A DNA stretch of 64,000 nt from Savitreella phatthalungensis (lineage: Eukaryota). Position numbers and translations under genes: made by a program. Positions within the stretch are counted from its first letter, which is position 1. Each line of letters opens with the position of its first letter. Positions 32,316 through 42,482 of the stretch are shown one piece after another. A model generated the notes under the pieces. It saw only the letters and a program-made list of their open reading frames with translations. It ran no database searches and was not told where the DNA came from. Location of the stretch: assembly GCA_051599415.1 (NCBI GenBank), contig AP039689.1:868001-932000 (forward strand), read 5' to 3'.

Positions 32316-35300
32316 TTACCTGCGGGAGAAGATACGTTCCTCGTCAGTCGGTCTGCCGCGAGCCCTGTACGGAGAAGCCTGGTGGTAACGGTTGTTGTGT
32401 GAAGCGCCGTTTGCGTGATGGTTGTGTGGTGCTGATGCTCGATCGTAGCTGCTCGATCTCGAGGTTGCGCGGGATCCTGCTGGCGAATGGGTTCTGGAAG
32501 GACCAGCGGAACGACGGAATGATGTGGGCAGGGTCATTTCGACCTTCTTGTGTGCGGCCTCTAGCGCGTGGACGACGCCCGGTACAAGCACGTCCCGCAA
32601 GGCGGCCTGCTGGGCTGCATCCTCAGCAGCTGCATCACGATCTTCGCTGCCCAGGAGATGACGGCGTGAAGTGGTTCCGATCGATGCGAATCTCGCAGAC
32701 AGGAAAACGTCGAGAACCCGGTGGAGGTCGAGTGTCGATGACATCTGCGGGCCACGAGCGTAGAAAGGAATCCACCCGTCGATCCGTAGGACAGCACCTT
32801 CGCGCTCAGTACTACCACCGAACAAGACGACGGAGAGCGGAGTCGTCTGCGTGAGCCCCCGGAGGAAGACTTGCGACTGATCAGCCTGCGTCTTCTGCGC
32901 ATATGTCAACAAGGATCCGTACGGATAGGCGTCCTGCGACCTGATAGGCCCATATCTAGCACCTGTGGCGGTCTTCGGAGCAGCGAGCGATGTTGGGTGG
33001 ATCTGAGCACCATTTTCGTGGGCAGTTCTCAACAGTCGCGGCGAAGATGTTTGCACAGCGACGTTCGGGTAAAAGCCCGCTGTAGCAAGCGCAGCAACAA
33101 GTGGCAGACTTCCAGAGTGCACATTGTCCTCCGGCGCACCGTATATCGAAGCACGCTTGCCGGTGCGTCCCTGGCTAGCGACAATACCAGTCTTGTGCAT
33201 GAGCTCTAGCACTTGTTCGGCCGTCTGCGCAATCGACTGCATTGTGTTGTAGTGGAGGAAGTTGGCCATAGCGAAGCCGCGATCATCGCCACCACGAGCG
33301 CGCACTGCACGCCATTCCTGGAAAGCGTACAGCACAGCCATCAGGTCGCTGCCAGTGTCGCGCGCCCACGACCGTCGGACATTTTCAGCCTCTGCGCGCT
33401 TTAGCAACGGTGCTACGAACGGATCGCGAGCAGTTGATGCAGCGGCTAGGATAAGCACGGGGTCCAAGCACTTGAACAAAGCGCCGAGTAGAGCCATTTT
33501 GCCGAGCGAAGGCTGGACTGGGAATGTAGACAGCACGCGACCGAGTGGCAGCAGCCTGCCTTCCCCGTCAAGCGCGTTTAGGGCCTGAAGATGGTCCATC
33601 GAGTTCTCAATCGCTGCTGGGGATGGCGGCTCGATCGCCTGCGCGAGGAAACCCTGGACGTCCTCGATGCCCATACCCTTGATCTGCAGGCACAGCTCCT
33701 GCAAATCGATTCGAAGGATCTCCGGCTGTGACTGGATGTCAAGCGAGTCAAATCGGGCGCGTGAAAGCAGCGTGTAATAGTGACCGTGTTGCACACGACC
33801 TGCACGGCCTGCACGCTGACGGGAGTTCGACTTTGAGATCCAGGTTGAGACGAGACTGGAGATGCGCTTCGCCTGGTCGAATTGGTTCTCTCTATGCTTT
33901 CCAGAGTCAACGACGTAGACGACATCAGGAATCGTGATGGACGTCTCGGCAATGTTGGTCGACAAGATGACCTTGCGGGTTGCTGTCTTCTCAAACACCT
34001 CCTGCTGCATGGCTGGCACAGCAGAGTGGAGCGTGTAGGTCTTGTATGCTGACATGTCAACACCCAGGACTCCCTGCTTCAAGAGCTTCTCGGTGGCTGT
34101 GATTTCTGCGAGACCGGGCAAGAAGGCGAGAATCGAGCCTTCAGTCGTGTACTTGAGTAAGTGTGCGATCGTGATGGCCACGAGACCTACAGGAGTCATT
34201 GTATCCTCTTTGTCGGTGGACACGTCGAGGGAGCCATCCTCAGCGATAACACCCTTGGACTTCCAATTGATTACAGCCTTGTCCTCGCTGATGTCGCCAT
34301 CAACGACGCTGTTAGCCTGGCTGGCATTGGCAGAGGCGGGTGCTGATGGTGCCACAGAAACAGGGCCCGCGCGCAGCTCGCGCTCGACATAGGCTATAGT
34401 GTCCTTCGACACAAGTTCTCGAGCAGACGCTCCACTGTACAGCTGTTTGAGTTCCGGGTGGAAGTCATCGAGGAAGTGCTGGGTGACAGGGAACGCGCGT
34501 CCTGGCACCTCGATATGCGGACACCGTTTCTCGGCAAAGCCATCGCCAAAGTATTTACAGAATAATGTGGTGTCAATGGTCGCGCTCATAAGCACGAGCT
34601 TGATCTCCTTGAGGCCCTGCTCGCGTCGACGCTTGCTGATCTGCTTGAGCAGAACGAGGAGGAAGTCAATCTGGATGTCACGCTCGTGAACTTCGTCCAC
34701 AAGAATGTGACTGATGCCTTCTAGCGCGGCGTCAGAAGCATCTTGGATCTGACGCAACAAGATACCTGTGGTGCAGTAGGTGATTGATCCGCCTGATTGA
34801 GGCAGCTTTGCATCGAACCTAACCTGGTAGCCTACGCTCTGCTGCAGCTTCTCGTTGCGCTCAACCGCAACACGTTGAGCCACGGACATGGCTGCGATCC
34901 GTCGCGGCTGTGTGCAAATGATGTTGCACAAAGCGCCTTCTCCGGCACGGCTAGCCTGCTCGAGGATGAGCTGGGGAAGCTGTGTCGTCTTACCTGAACC
35001 TGTCGCTGCGCCGACCACACAAACCGAGTTCGAGTTCACCATATCAAGCACTGACTGAGCATTCTGGACCATTGGAAGCTGATGGCGCTTCTGCCGCAAA
35101 TCCGCAAGGCTGTCGTCGGACTCGTATTTGACGAGGGAGTCCCTCAACCGGTCGTTCTTGCGTTGAAGCTGATCTGGTGTGAGAATGCGCCGGATCGCAT
35201 CGCGTCGAGCTGCTTGTGCGGCGACTTCGGCCTCTTGCTGTGTCTTGACCCTCGGCAGAAGAAAATTGGACTCTCTGACGGTCGCACGCATCATCTCAAT

Positions 35301-36686
35301 CACGTCGTAGTCGATATGAATATCGATAGGTCGTAGCGGCTTAAGCACCTCGCCATTGCCTCGCTTCATCTCGCGGACGAAGTCTTTCCACAGCTGCGGC
35401 AGAAGCTTCTTGATTTCCAACGCCGCTGCCAGGTACGCTGTATCTTCTGCATCTTTCTTGTTGCCCATCTGGATACCTTGGAAACTCTTCTTCACGTATG
35501 TCCCTGTAGGTGTACCATCCGTATCTGACGCCTCCATAGTCTCATCGTCAGCAGCGATAGCAGCAGCTCTGCTTTCGGCTTTCGACTCTTGCACATCTAA
35601 AGACACACTGACGACCCAATCGGTGCGGTATCTTGAGCCGCCACCGAGTTGCTTCTCGTCTAGTTCAGCCCAGCGCCGATGAATCATGCCGTAGTAGTCG
35701 ATGAATTGCCGAGCACTCGCGAGTGTCAGCTTTGTGTAGTCCTTTATAAGCAGGAGACCGTCGCCTTCGCGCTCGTGGAAAACCTCAGCAGCTCGCTTGA
35801 GCGATACACATGCCTGTTGCTCTGCAATCTGTTGTGACTTGGCTCGTCCAAAGCCACGTAGACCGAGCGCTGGGATCTCGACGATGGCGGCAGTGAGCGT
35901 CTTCTTGATCCTCGACCGACCGGCTGATGCCTTGAACACTGGCAAACAGTCGTGACGAGCTGCAAAGTTGATGATGTCGCGCTTCGCCTCTGTCTCATTG
36001 ATGAGCAGGGCTTGAGGCACAGAAGCATACTTGCCACCAGGCAGAATCTCTTTCAGCAGCCCTTGCTCGTGAAGTAGACATAGCAAGTGAAGATCAGCAT
36101 TGCGCTCTGCCTCGGCCTTATCTCTGCCATGGCCCTGAGCTGTGATTAGGATCCCCTCGTCGAGCTCTGCCATGGTTGTGCACTTGTCGCGGAAGTCCGT
36201 GTAACCTGCGCGTTCTAGGTGGAATTGCCGTTGCAGAAGGACTGCACTGTCGGAGATGATCTTGCTTGCTTGGTCAACGGGCTCGAAAGACAAGCCATAT
36301 TCGCTGCCTTGTGGGACTGCAAAGTTGTTGTAGATGTGCTCCTCATTGTGAATGTTCAAGGAGGCAGCGAAGGAAGGTCCACGTGAGCCGCGACCACCAG
36401 ATCCTTCCCCAAAGCCGCTCTTTCTGCCGAAGCCTCCTCGACCTGCCTGCTTACTCTGGCCGAACTTGCCACCCATTCGTCCGGCTTTGGCGGCAGGGAA
36501 AGACTTCCCAGACGGTCTTCCGCGGCCGGCTGCAGCCCGAGCACCGGCTTTTGCAGCATTCCCTGCAGCTCTCAGCATGTCGCCTGATTCGCCCTGTTGG
36601 CTATGGTGCCTCTTACTTGAGCCGTCTGTATGATGGCCTTCGTCTCCTCCTTCTCGCTTGCGCTTGTTGGATTTCTTGTATGGCAT
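32316..36686 (-). CDS. DEAH-box RNA helicase with N-terminal RGG region and dsRBD-like domains (DHX30/DHX36-like)
   Basis: ATGSGKTTQ, TQPRRIAA, DEVHER, MSAT, STNIAETSITI, QRAGRAGR, HA2 and OB-like regions; G.G..K..AE dsRBD-like motifs. Confidence 0.93.
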   Translation of the reverse strand: MPYKKSNKRKREGGDEGHHTDGSSKRHHSQQGESGDMLRAAGNAAKAGARAAAGRGRPSGKSFPAAKAGRMGGKFGQSKQAGRGGFGRKSGFGEGSGGRGSRGPSFAASLNIHNEEHIYNNFAVPQGSEYGLSFEPVDQASKIISDSAVLLQRQFHLERAGYTDFRDKCTTMAELDEGILITAQGHGRDKAEAERNADLHLLCLLHEQGLLKEILPGGKYASVPQALLINETEAKRDIINFAARHDCLPVFKASAGRSRIKKTLTAAIVEIPALGLRGFGRAKSQQIAEQQACVSLKRAAEVFHEREGDGLLLIKDYTKLTLASARQFIDYYGMIHRRWAELDEKQLGGGSRYRTDWVVSVSLDVQESKAESRAAAIAADDETMEASDTDGTPTGTYVKKSFQGIQMGNKKDAEDTAYLAAALEIKKLLPQLWKDFVREMKRGNGEVLKPLRPIDIHIDYDVIEMMRATVRESNFLLPRVKTQQEAEVAAQAARRDAIRRILTPDQLQRKNDRLRDSLVKYESDDSLADLRQKRHQLPMVQNAQSVLDMVNSNSVCVVGAATGSGKTTQLPQLILEQASRAGEGALCNIICTQPRRIAAMSVAQRVAVERNEKLQQSVGYQVRFDAKLPQSGGSITYCTTGILLRQIQDASDAALEGISHILVDEVHERDIQIDFLLVLLKQISKRRREQGLKEIKLVLMSATIDTTLFCKYFGDGFAEKRCPHIEVPGRAFPVTQHFLDDFHPELKQLYSGASARELVSKDTIAYVERELRAGPVSVAPSAPASANASQANSVVDGDISEDKAVINWKSKGVIAEDGSLDVSTDKEDTMTPVGLVAITIAHLLKYTTEGSILAFLPGLAEITATEKLLKQGVLGVDMSAYKTYTLHSAVPAMQQEVFEKTATRKVILSTNIAETSITIPDVVYVVDSGKHRENQFDQAKRISSLVSTWISKSNSRQRAGRAGRVQHGHYYTLLSRARFDSLDIQSQPEILRIDLQELCLQIKGMGIEDVQGFLAQAIEPPSPAAIENSMDHLQALNALDGEGRLLPLGRVLSTFPVQPSLGKMALLGALFKCLDPVLILAAASTARDPFVAPLLKRAEAENVRRSWARDTGSDLMAVLYAFQEWRAVRARGGDDRGFAMANFLHYNTMQSIAQTAEQVLELMHKTGIVASQGRTGKRASIYGAPEDNVHSGSLPLVAALATAGFYPNVAVQTSSPRLLRTAHENGAQIHPTSLAAPKTATGARYGPIRSQDAYPYGSLLTYAQKTQADQSQVFLRGLTQTTPLSVVLFGGSTEREGAVLRIDGWIPFYARGPQMSSTLDLHRVLDVFLSARFASIGTTSRRHLLGSEDRDAAAEDAAQQAALRDVLVPGVVHALEAAHKKVEMTLPTSFRRSAGPSRTHSPAGSRATSRSSSYDRASAPHNHHANGASHNNRYHQASPYRARGRPTDEERIFSRR

Positions 36687-37028
36687 AGCGTCGAGGATGG
36701 ACTCAAAGGAGAGACATCCAAGATCACTGCTGTTAGAGGATCAAGTACACGTCTGGCTTCTTCCGTAGATTGCGCAGCAGATCGACTAGTCGTATAGCCT
36801 GGTGTGTGAATATGTATGCCTATGATGTATTGTATGTGGTTTTTGTGCCTGGATCAATCTCTGTTTAGGGTTGAAAGATTCAAGGGCTCCACGTTGCGTC
36901 ACATTTCGATGCACAACACACCACAAAGAAGCTTAAGCCTCTGCCAAGCGAGGGGATAGGGAATGAAGATACTCGAACGGTGCTGAGGAGCTGGGAGGGT
37001 GGGCGGAGTGTTTTGCTGAACTTCTGTC

Positions 37029-38213
37029 ATGACGACGCTGTCCAACTCAGAGAGAAAGCGATTGTTACGGGCAAAAGCTGCCGTCACAGCCGCTAATGCA
37101 GACCGTCAGACGGCATTCCGCCGCGCCGAGAAGCGCTTCATGTCGCGGGTTCCAGAGCCGGACTACTCTGACGTGCTTGATCTGAGACAAGATGATCTGC
37201 AGCATGATTACCCTCATGTGAGTGTGTGTCAGCTCCTCACAGACCTCTACGATCTGCCCCTGTTCGGAGAGTCCAGAAACGCTGATTGCACGTGCGCACG
37301 GGCGTACCGGCTACACAAACACTCAGGAGCTATTATCATCCCCGACGCGTTGTCGCCTGCAGCTCAGCGGCGCGTGATCAGGCACTGCCTGCGTGACTAT
37401 GCGAAATCGCCCAATGACACTAATCTCGATGCCCATTACCTTCTGCCAGAAGACGGGCTGTGGCACGCACACGAGCGAGGCTCAAAGGAGCTCATACCCG
37501 TCAGGCACTGCGGAAACGACGAAAATTCCACAGGCGCGATGACACACACTCGTTCGTTGGTTAATAACGAGCCGGCTTCGGAAACTAGTCTCATGACAGA
37601 ACGTCCGCCGCCTGCAGCTTCGTCGACCGTGGTGGCTGAATGCGCGTCATCCTTGTTATACAAACTACGATGGTCGAATATCGGACTCTTGTATCACTGG
37701 TCGACAAAGTCGTACCACTTTGAGCGGCTGAAGGCTGGTGATGTGATTCCCGTGCCGGACGATTTTGCTGCAATATCGATGGCGGTCTTGGCTGCCCTTC
37801 CCACTTCTGTCCTAATAAAACCCGACTTCAGACCTGAAGCTGGTATCATCAATTACTACCAAATGCGTTCGACCTTGATGGGACACATAGACCACTCCGA
37901 GCTGGTCGATGATGCTCCGCTGGTGTCAGTGTCGCTTGGTCATGCAGCTGTTTTCCTCCTCGGCGGCGCTTCTCGGGATGAGGAACCTCTGCCCATCATG
38001 CTGCGGTCGGGAGATGTGCTGATCATGAGCGGAGCATGCCGGCGCGCCTACCACGGCGTTCCGCGCATCGTTGAAGGATCATTGCCTCAGTATTTAGAAC
38101 GGGATCCAGAAGATGAAGACTGGGATCAGTTCGCTGCATATATGGCTACATCACGCATCAACATCAATGTTCGTCAGGTGTTCCCAGAAGGGTTTCAAGC
38201 GTCAACTGTATAG
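37029..38213 (+). CDS. ALKBH1: AlkB-family 2OG-Fe(II) dioxygenase, ALKBH1/Abh1-like
   Basis: KLRW..IG..Y.W, PEAGIINYY, HxD (GHIDHSE), PLVS.SLG, LRSGD...M.G..R.AYHGVPRI, RININVRQV. Confidence 0.92.
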   Translation: MTTLSNSERKRLLRAKAAVTAANADRQTAFRRAEKRFMSRVPEPDYSDVLDLRQDDLQHDYPHVSVCQLLTDLYDLPLFGESRNADCTCARAYRLHKHSGAIIIPDALSPAAQRRVIRHCLRDYAKSPNDTNLDAHYLLPEDGLWHAHERGSKELIPVRHCGNDENSTGAMTHTRSLVNNEPASETSLMTERPPPAASSTVVAECASSLLYKLRWSNIGLLYHWSTKSYHFERLKAGDVIPVPDDFAAISMAVLAALPTSVLIKPDFRPEAGIINYYQMRSTLMGHIDHSELVDDAPLVSVSLGHAAVFLLGGASRDEEPLPIMLRSGDVLIMSGACRRAYHGVPRIVEGSLPQYLERDPEDEDWDQFAAYMATSRININVRQVFPEGFQASTV

Positions 38214-38501
38214 CATGAGATTATCGATTGTCGAGGAAGCCTGCTGAAAGTGTATTTGCCACAGCTCCTAATGGCCGCCTGACTTCATCAGTTGTGCATC
38301 TGAAGGCATATTTACTCCGAGTGTGAATGCATGGAATTCCGCCAATTCCGCAACTTGAATCATTACCCCGGATTTCCAGTCAGGGTACGTCAAGCAAACT
38401 CTCATTCGTCTAGTCATCAACAATCTCAGTGTTTGACAAAGCCATCACATCATACTTGACGTAACTCAGGAGCTTTTCGATATCCTTCCTGTGCTTGGAA
38501 G

Positions 38502-39135
38502 ATGATCTCAAAGCCGGTGTTGTTCATCTGCGACATGCAGACTGCTTTTGCCAAGGCGATTCATTCTTGGGACCACGTTCTGTCCACGTCTGTAAAACTC
38601 GTGGAGGCTGCTAAGATCTTGTCGATCCCTGTAGTACTGACGACGCAGTCGCGGGCGAAGCTTGGTGAGACTGTTGCGGAACTACAGGTTGCGAATCCAC
38701 TTGCGGATGTGGACAAGACGCTGTTCTCGATGTGTCTGCCGGAAGTGCTAGAGAAGCTGCCTGCTGGATCGAGCGTCGCCATTGTCGGAATCGAGTCACA
38801 TATCTGCGTCACCCAGACAACCCTCGACTTGATCGCTCACGGACACAGTGTTTATGTCATCGCCGACGGCGTGTCATCGTGCAATCCAGAAGAAGTCCCG
38901 ATCGCTCTACGGAGACTCGCTGCAGCTGGCGCACGCATCACGACGAGCGAGAGCTTTGTAAGAAGACCTGACACCCAGATCGAATACACGACGGAGTGAC
39001 TGACCTGATTGACAGATGTACGAAACAATGCGAGATGCCAAGATTGACGGCTTCAAATCCGTCGCAGCACTCGTCAAACAGAGCAAATCTTCGACATCAG
39101 CAGCCTTAGCAAACCTCGCAGGATGTAAGATTTAA
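38502..39135 (+). CDS. Isochorismatase-like hydrolase (ISOC1/2-like), 2 exons (38502-38957, 39016-39135)
   Basis: FICDMQ, KT.FSM, GIESHICV.QT.LDL, DGVSS. The phase-0 intron 38958-39015 (GTAAGA..CTGAC..CAG) restores TSESF-MYETMRDA..F. Confidence 0.9.
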
Positions 39136-39373
39136 AACAAGGATTGGCTACGAGGGACAGTCAGGCAGTGCTTCACTGCAGAGGTAGTCTGTTTGCCTCG
39201 TAGATGACCTGGTTCGTGCATTCCGTCCTTCTCTCACTTTTTTCCATTCCAAATTTGGCGTCATGAGGATTTGTGTACGTGGTGGGATGATCTGCCATTG
39301 AAGAAAAACAATAAGGTCTCAAATCACTCCTCCTGAAGGATTCGCTTCTCAGTGTCCTTGCAGGGCGATTGGA

Positions 39374-40510
39374 ATGCCGTGTTCACTCAGTCGTCCTGGA
39401 CTATGGGTAGCTCACACATTTCGGATACAACGGATAGTGCAGTGTCGCTGGAGATCGCGCTTGCTGCATGTGACTCGGGGTGTGCGTGATCCGCTGGCGT
39501 CTGGGGAGTCGTTGCCATCGGATCAGGAGATGACTAGGAGTTCGGTCTCTCGGACACTGTCTGCACACATGGAGCGTCTGCAGACGCGGCTCCTCACTGC
39601 CGGCGCTCGGCTGAACGACATTACAGGGTACACTGGGATCGAGCGGCTGAAGCGAGACATCGACGATGCAGAAGCGTCGTGCACGATGCTCATGACGGAG
39701 GTGTCGCGTGCGAAAGAGGCATACGAGCGAGCTATCAGTGCGAGGTCCGATGCGCAGAGGGAGGTCAACGATCTGTTACAGCGGCGGGCATCGTGGCGCG
39801 ATAACGACGCAGATCGATTCACCTCTCTCTTCAGGCAGTCACACACGCTCGAGTCTGCGGAGGAAGCAGCCAAGGAAGCATTGGCATCCACAGAACGTAC
39901 ACTTGACGATGCAAGGACCCGTCTGTCTAACCTGATCTTGGTTAGATACCACGAGGAGCAGGTCTGGTCAGACAAGATCCGGCGAGCGTCGACGTATGGC
40001 ACGTGGGCACTGATGAGTCTCAATATTGTGCTCTTCTTGGTCGTCCAGCTGGGACTGGAGCCGTGGAAGCGGCGCAGACTTGTTGGATCATTCGAGGAGA
40101 AGGTACGCTCTGTGGTCGAGGGATCGCGTACGGCCCCAGGAGAAATTATCAGTATGTCAGCTCATGACGTCGAGACCGCCGTACCAGATGGTCCACAGAA
40201 TACAGCGGGCGAAGAGACTCAGGTTCATGAGACATGGCAAGAAGCACCGCCCGAAGTCATATCGTGGCGAGACCTGCCCCGAGCTGGGACAAGTGCAGCG
40301 CTTAGCTCGATTCAGCAGCAATTGGTATACTACTCTCGCAAAGCGCTCTGGCTTTTGCATATCCACGGCACGATTGCTGTGCGTCAGGCTCAGAACACTG
40401 TGCGTTGGTTGTTGAGCGACGTCGATTCGCGAATGCGGATGGAAGATGTGACGACGACGGCGGTGGCGAGCTCGCTGGTAGGATTAGTAGTGGGACTCTA
40501 CTTCGCATAG
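39374..40510 (+). CDS. SHE9: Mitochondrial inner-membrane protein She9/Mdm33
   Basis: LND.TGY..IE.LK, RS..QREVN.LLQR..SW...D..RFT.L, RYHEEQVWSDKIRRASTYGTW.LM..N...F......EPWKR.RLV. Confidence 0.95.
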   Translation: MPCSLSRPGLWVAHTFRIQRIVQCRWRSRLLHVTRGVRDPLASGESLPSDQEMTRSSVSRTLSAHMERLQTRLLTAGARLNDITGYTGIERLKRDIDDAEASCTMLMTEVSRAKEAYERAISARSDAQREVNDLLQRRASWRDNDADRFTSLFRQSHTLESAEEAAKEALASTERTLDDARTRLSNLILVRYHEEQVWSDKIRRASTYGTWALMSLNIVLFLVVQLGLEPWKRRRLVGSFEEKVRSVVEGSRTAPGEIISMSAHDVETAVPDGPQNTAGEETQVHETWQEAPPEVISWRDLPRAGTSAALSSIQQQLVYYSRKALWLLHIHGTIAVRQAQNTVRWLLSDVDSRMRMEDVTTTAVASSLVGLVVGLYFA

Positions 40511-40633
40511 ATGGTGTGGACGGATCGCGAGGCAGTCAATCGGGTGATCGGTCTATAAGTCTCTCTCTCTATTGTATCATACAGGTTTGGCTAGGAGTGC
40601 AGCTTTGTAGAACTACTCCGACAACCAGGTTCT

Positions 40634-41191
40634 CTATTTGGTCTCTTCCTCCTGGCTTTTGAGCAAGGTGAAGACGGGAGCGTCAAGCTGGTCGCGACCT
40701 TTGAGGAAGTCGAGTTCGAGCATGAAGACGTATTCGAGCGTTTTGCCGCCTAGAAGCTTGACGAGACGTCCTGCAGCGCCCGCTGAGCCACCAGTGGCGA
40801 TGATGTCGTCAACAATAACGACCTTCTGTCCCTGTGTGATGGCACCTTCCTGCATAGCGAAGACGTCCTTACCGTACTCCTTGACGTACTCTGCCGTGAC
40901 ACACTTACCAGGCAGCTTGCCGACCTTGCGCACTGGCACAAAGGCAGCACCGAGGCGAAGGGCAAGGGTCGGTCCAAAGAGGAATCCGCGAGCATCCAAG
41001 CCGACGATCACATCAACAGCGCCGTGCTGTGACTTGATGTGCTCTTCAAGAAGGTCGATCAGTAGGCCGAATGACTTTGGGTCTGAGAAGATTGGGAGGA
41101 TGTCTTCGAAGAGAATACCGACTTCAGGGAAGTCCGGGTACTGCTTTAGCTTTCCCTGCAGTGCCTTTACTTTTGTCGCGTGGTCTGACAT
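40634..41191 (-). CDS. APT1: Adenine phosphoribosyltransferase
   Basis: [38 protein letters not shown] motif [16 protein letters not shown] at 41191. Confidence 0.95.
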   Translation of the reverse strand: MSDHATKVKALQGKLKQYPDFPEVGILFEDILPIFSDPKSFGLLIDLLEEHIKSQHGAVDVIVGLDARGFLFGPTLALRLGAAFVPVRKVGKLPGKCVTAEYVKEYGKDVFAMQEGAITQGQKVVIVDDIIATGGSAGAAGRLVKLLGGKTLEYVFMLELDFLKGRDQLDAPVFTLLKSQEEETK

Positions 41192-41960
41192 GATTGAAGA
41201 CTGGAGTCGGTCGAATAGAGGATCGATAGTCAAGATCGAGAAAGTAGGTATCGATTGAGCTTCTAGACAGTGATGACTACTGAGTGCCAAGGCGTGGTTT
41301 GTTGAATGTGATGGTGTACCTCAGGAGAGATACGCGGTGGAGTGCTTACACGTGAGTAACGTAGAATTGCTGTATGGCGCTATAGCTGGGTGCAGACGTC
41401 TAGGATCAAATATCTGATGATTGATGTATAAATGATACAGTGATATATCGACAGTGTGGATTTGACCGAGATGCACAATCATTCCATCTACAGTAAGAAC
41501 ACCCTGCATTCAGTAGACAGTGCACCTATTCAGTGTGTGCCTTCAATTGTTGAACAATGGCGTTGACGCTCAATGAAAATCAGATTGTGCAATCGATCAA
41601 TCACAGATCCTTTAGATTATTTGATCGATCGCACTATGAATGATACCAATGATCCACTGCAACAAAATTAAATTTAAGTCAGAAACCATGAACATGTGGG
41701 CTTGCATTTGGATGATCAATCATCGATCGATCGATTGAGGGATATCGCAGGATGAGTATGCATTCAATTGGATGTAATCAGTCAAGTTATTCAGAGTCAA
41801 AGATGCAGGATCAACTGTACGTGACGCAGGTACATGCACTGCACTGGATCAGCCTGGATCAGTCTACAATCTGGACAATGCAGCACAATACTATACAATC
41901 TACAGTATACAGTACAATGCAATACAATATTCTGTACAGAACAATACAATGCAATACAAC

Positions 41961-42010
41961 ACAGTACAGTACAGTACAGTACAGTACAGTACAGTACAGT
42001 ACAGTACAGT
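41961..42010 (+). repeat. Microsatellite (ACAGT)10 within a degenerate ACAAT/GCAAT pentamer tract (about 41865-42030)
   Basis: Ten perfect ACAGT units read directly, with in-register degenerate flanks. Confidence 0.95.
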
Positions 42011-42273
42011 ACAATGCAGTACAATGCACAGATATGAACGATGAATGTGATATCCGGAGACTTTTACACCATTGTGACGAGGCATTGTATGCGCACAGAC
42101 CTCTTCCTCCTTCCAAGGTCAATCCTTCCATTCTATCTAGCATTCAGAAGTCACAGTAGTGCTCTCCAATCGTCCGCTTCGAAAGGATCTCCCACCTTCT
42201 GAGCATCATCATTATCGTCTTCCTGTAGTTCCCTATAAAGGTTCTTACCTTTCCGCCTCTTCAACCACCATCG

Positions 42274-42297
42274 TCATCATCATCATCATCATCATCA
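42274..42297 (+). repeat. Microsatellite (TCA)8
   Basis: Read directly in the leader upstream of the F-box gene. Confidence 0.85.
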
Positions 42298-42482
42298 AAC
42301 ATCTGGCCGAGAAGGAGCAAGAATATTGTCTCAGGATATATACGAGAGCACGTGCGCTCTCAAAATACCACGCGCTTTTCTCTCGCTTGTGACACTCTGC
42401 TGACTACCACAAACATCTACAAAGCCCCCTCTTTTCCCCGTCCATAAGGATCATCAAACACTGGTGTACACTCCACAGCACC

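Noticed and set aside
41752..42159. ORFs with YCTVL/STVQY repeats
   Set aside because: Translations of the (ACAGT)n microsatellite.
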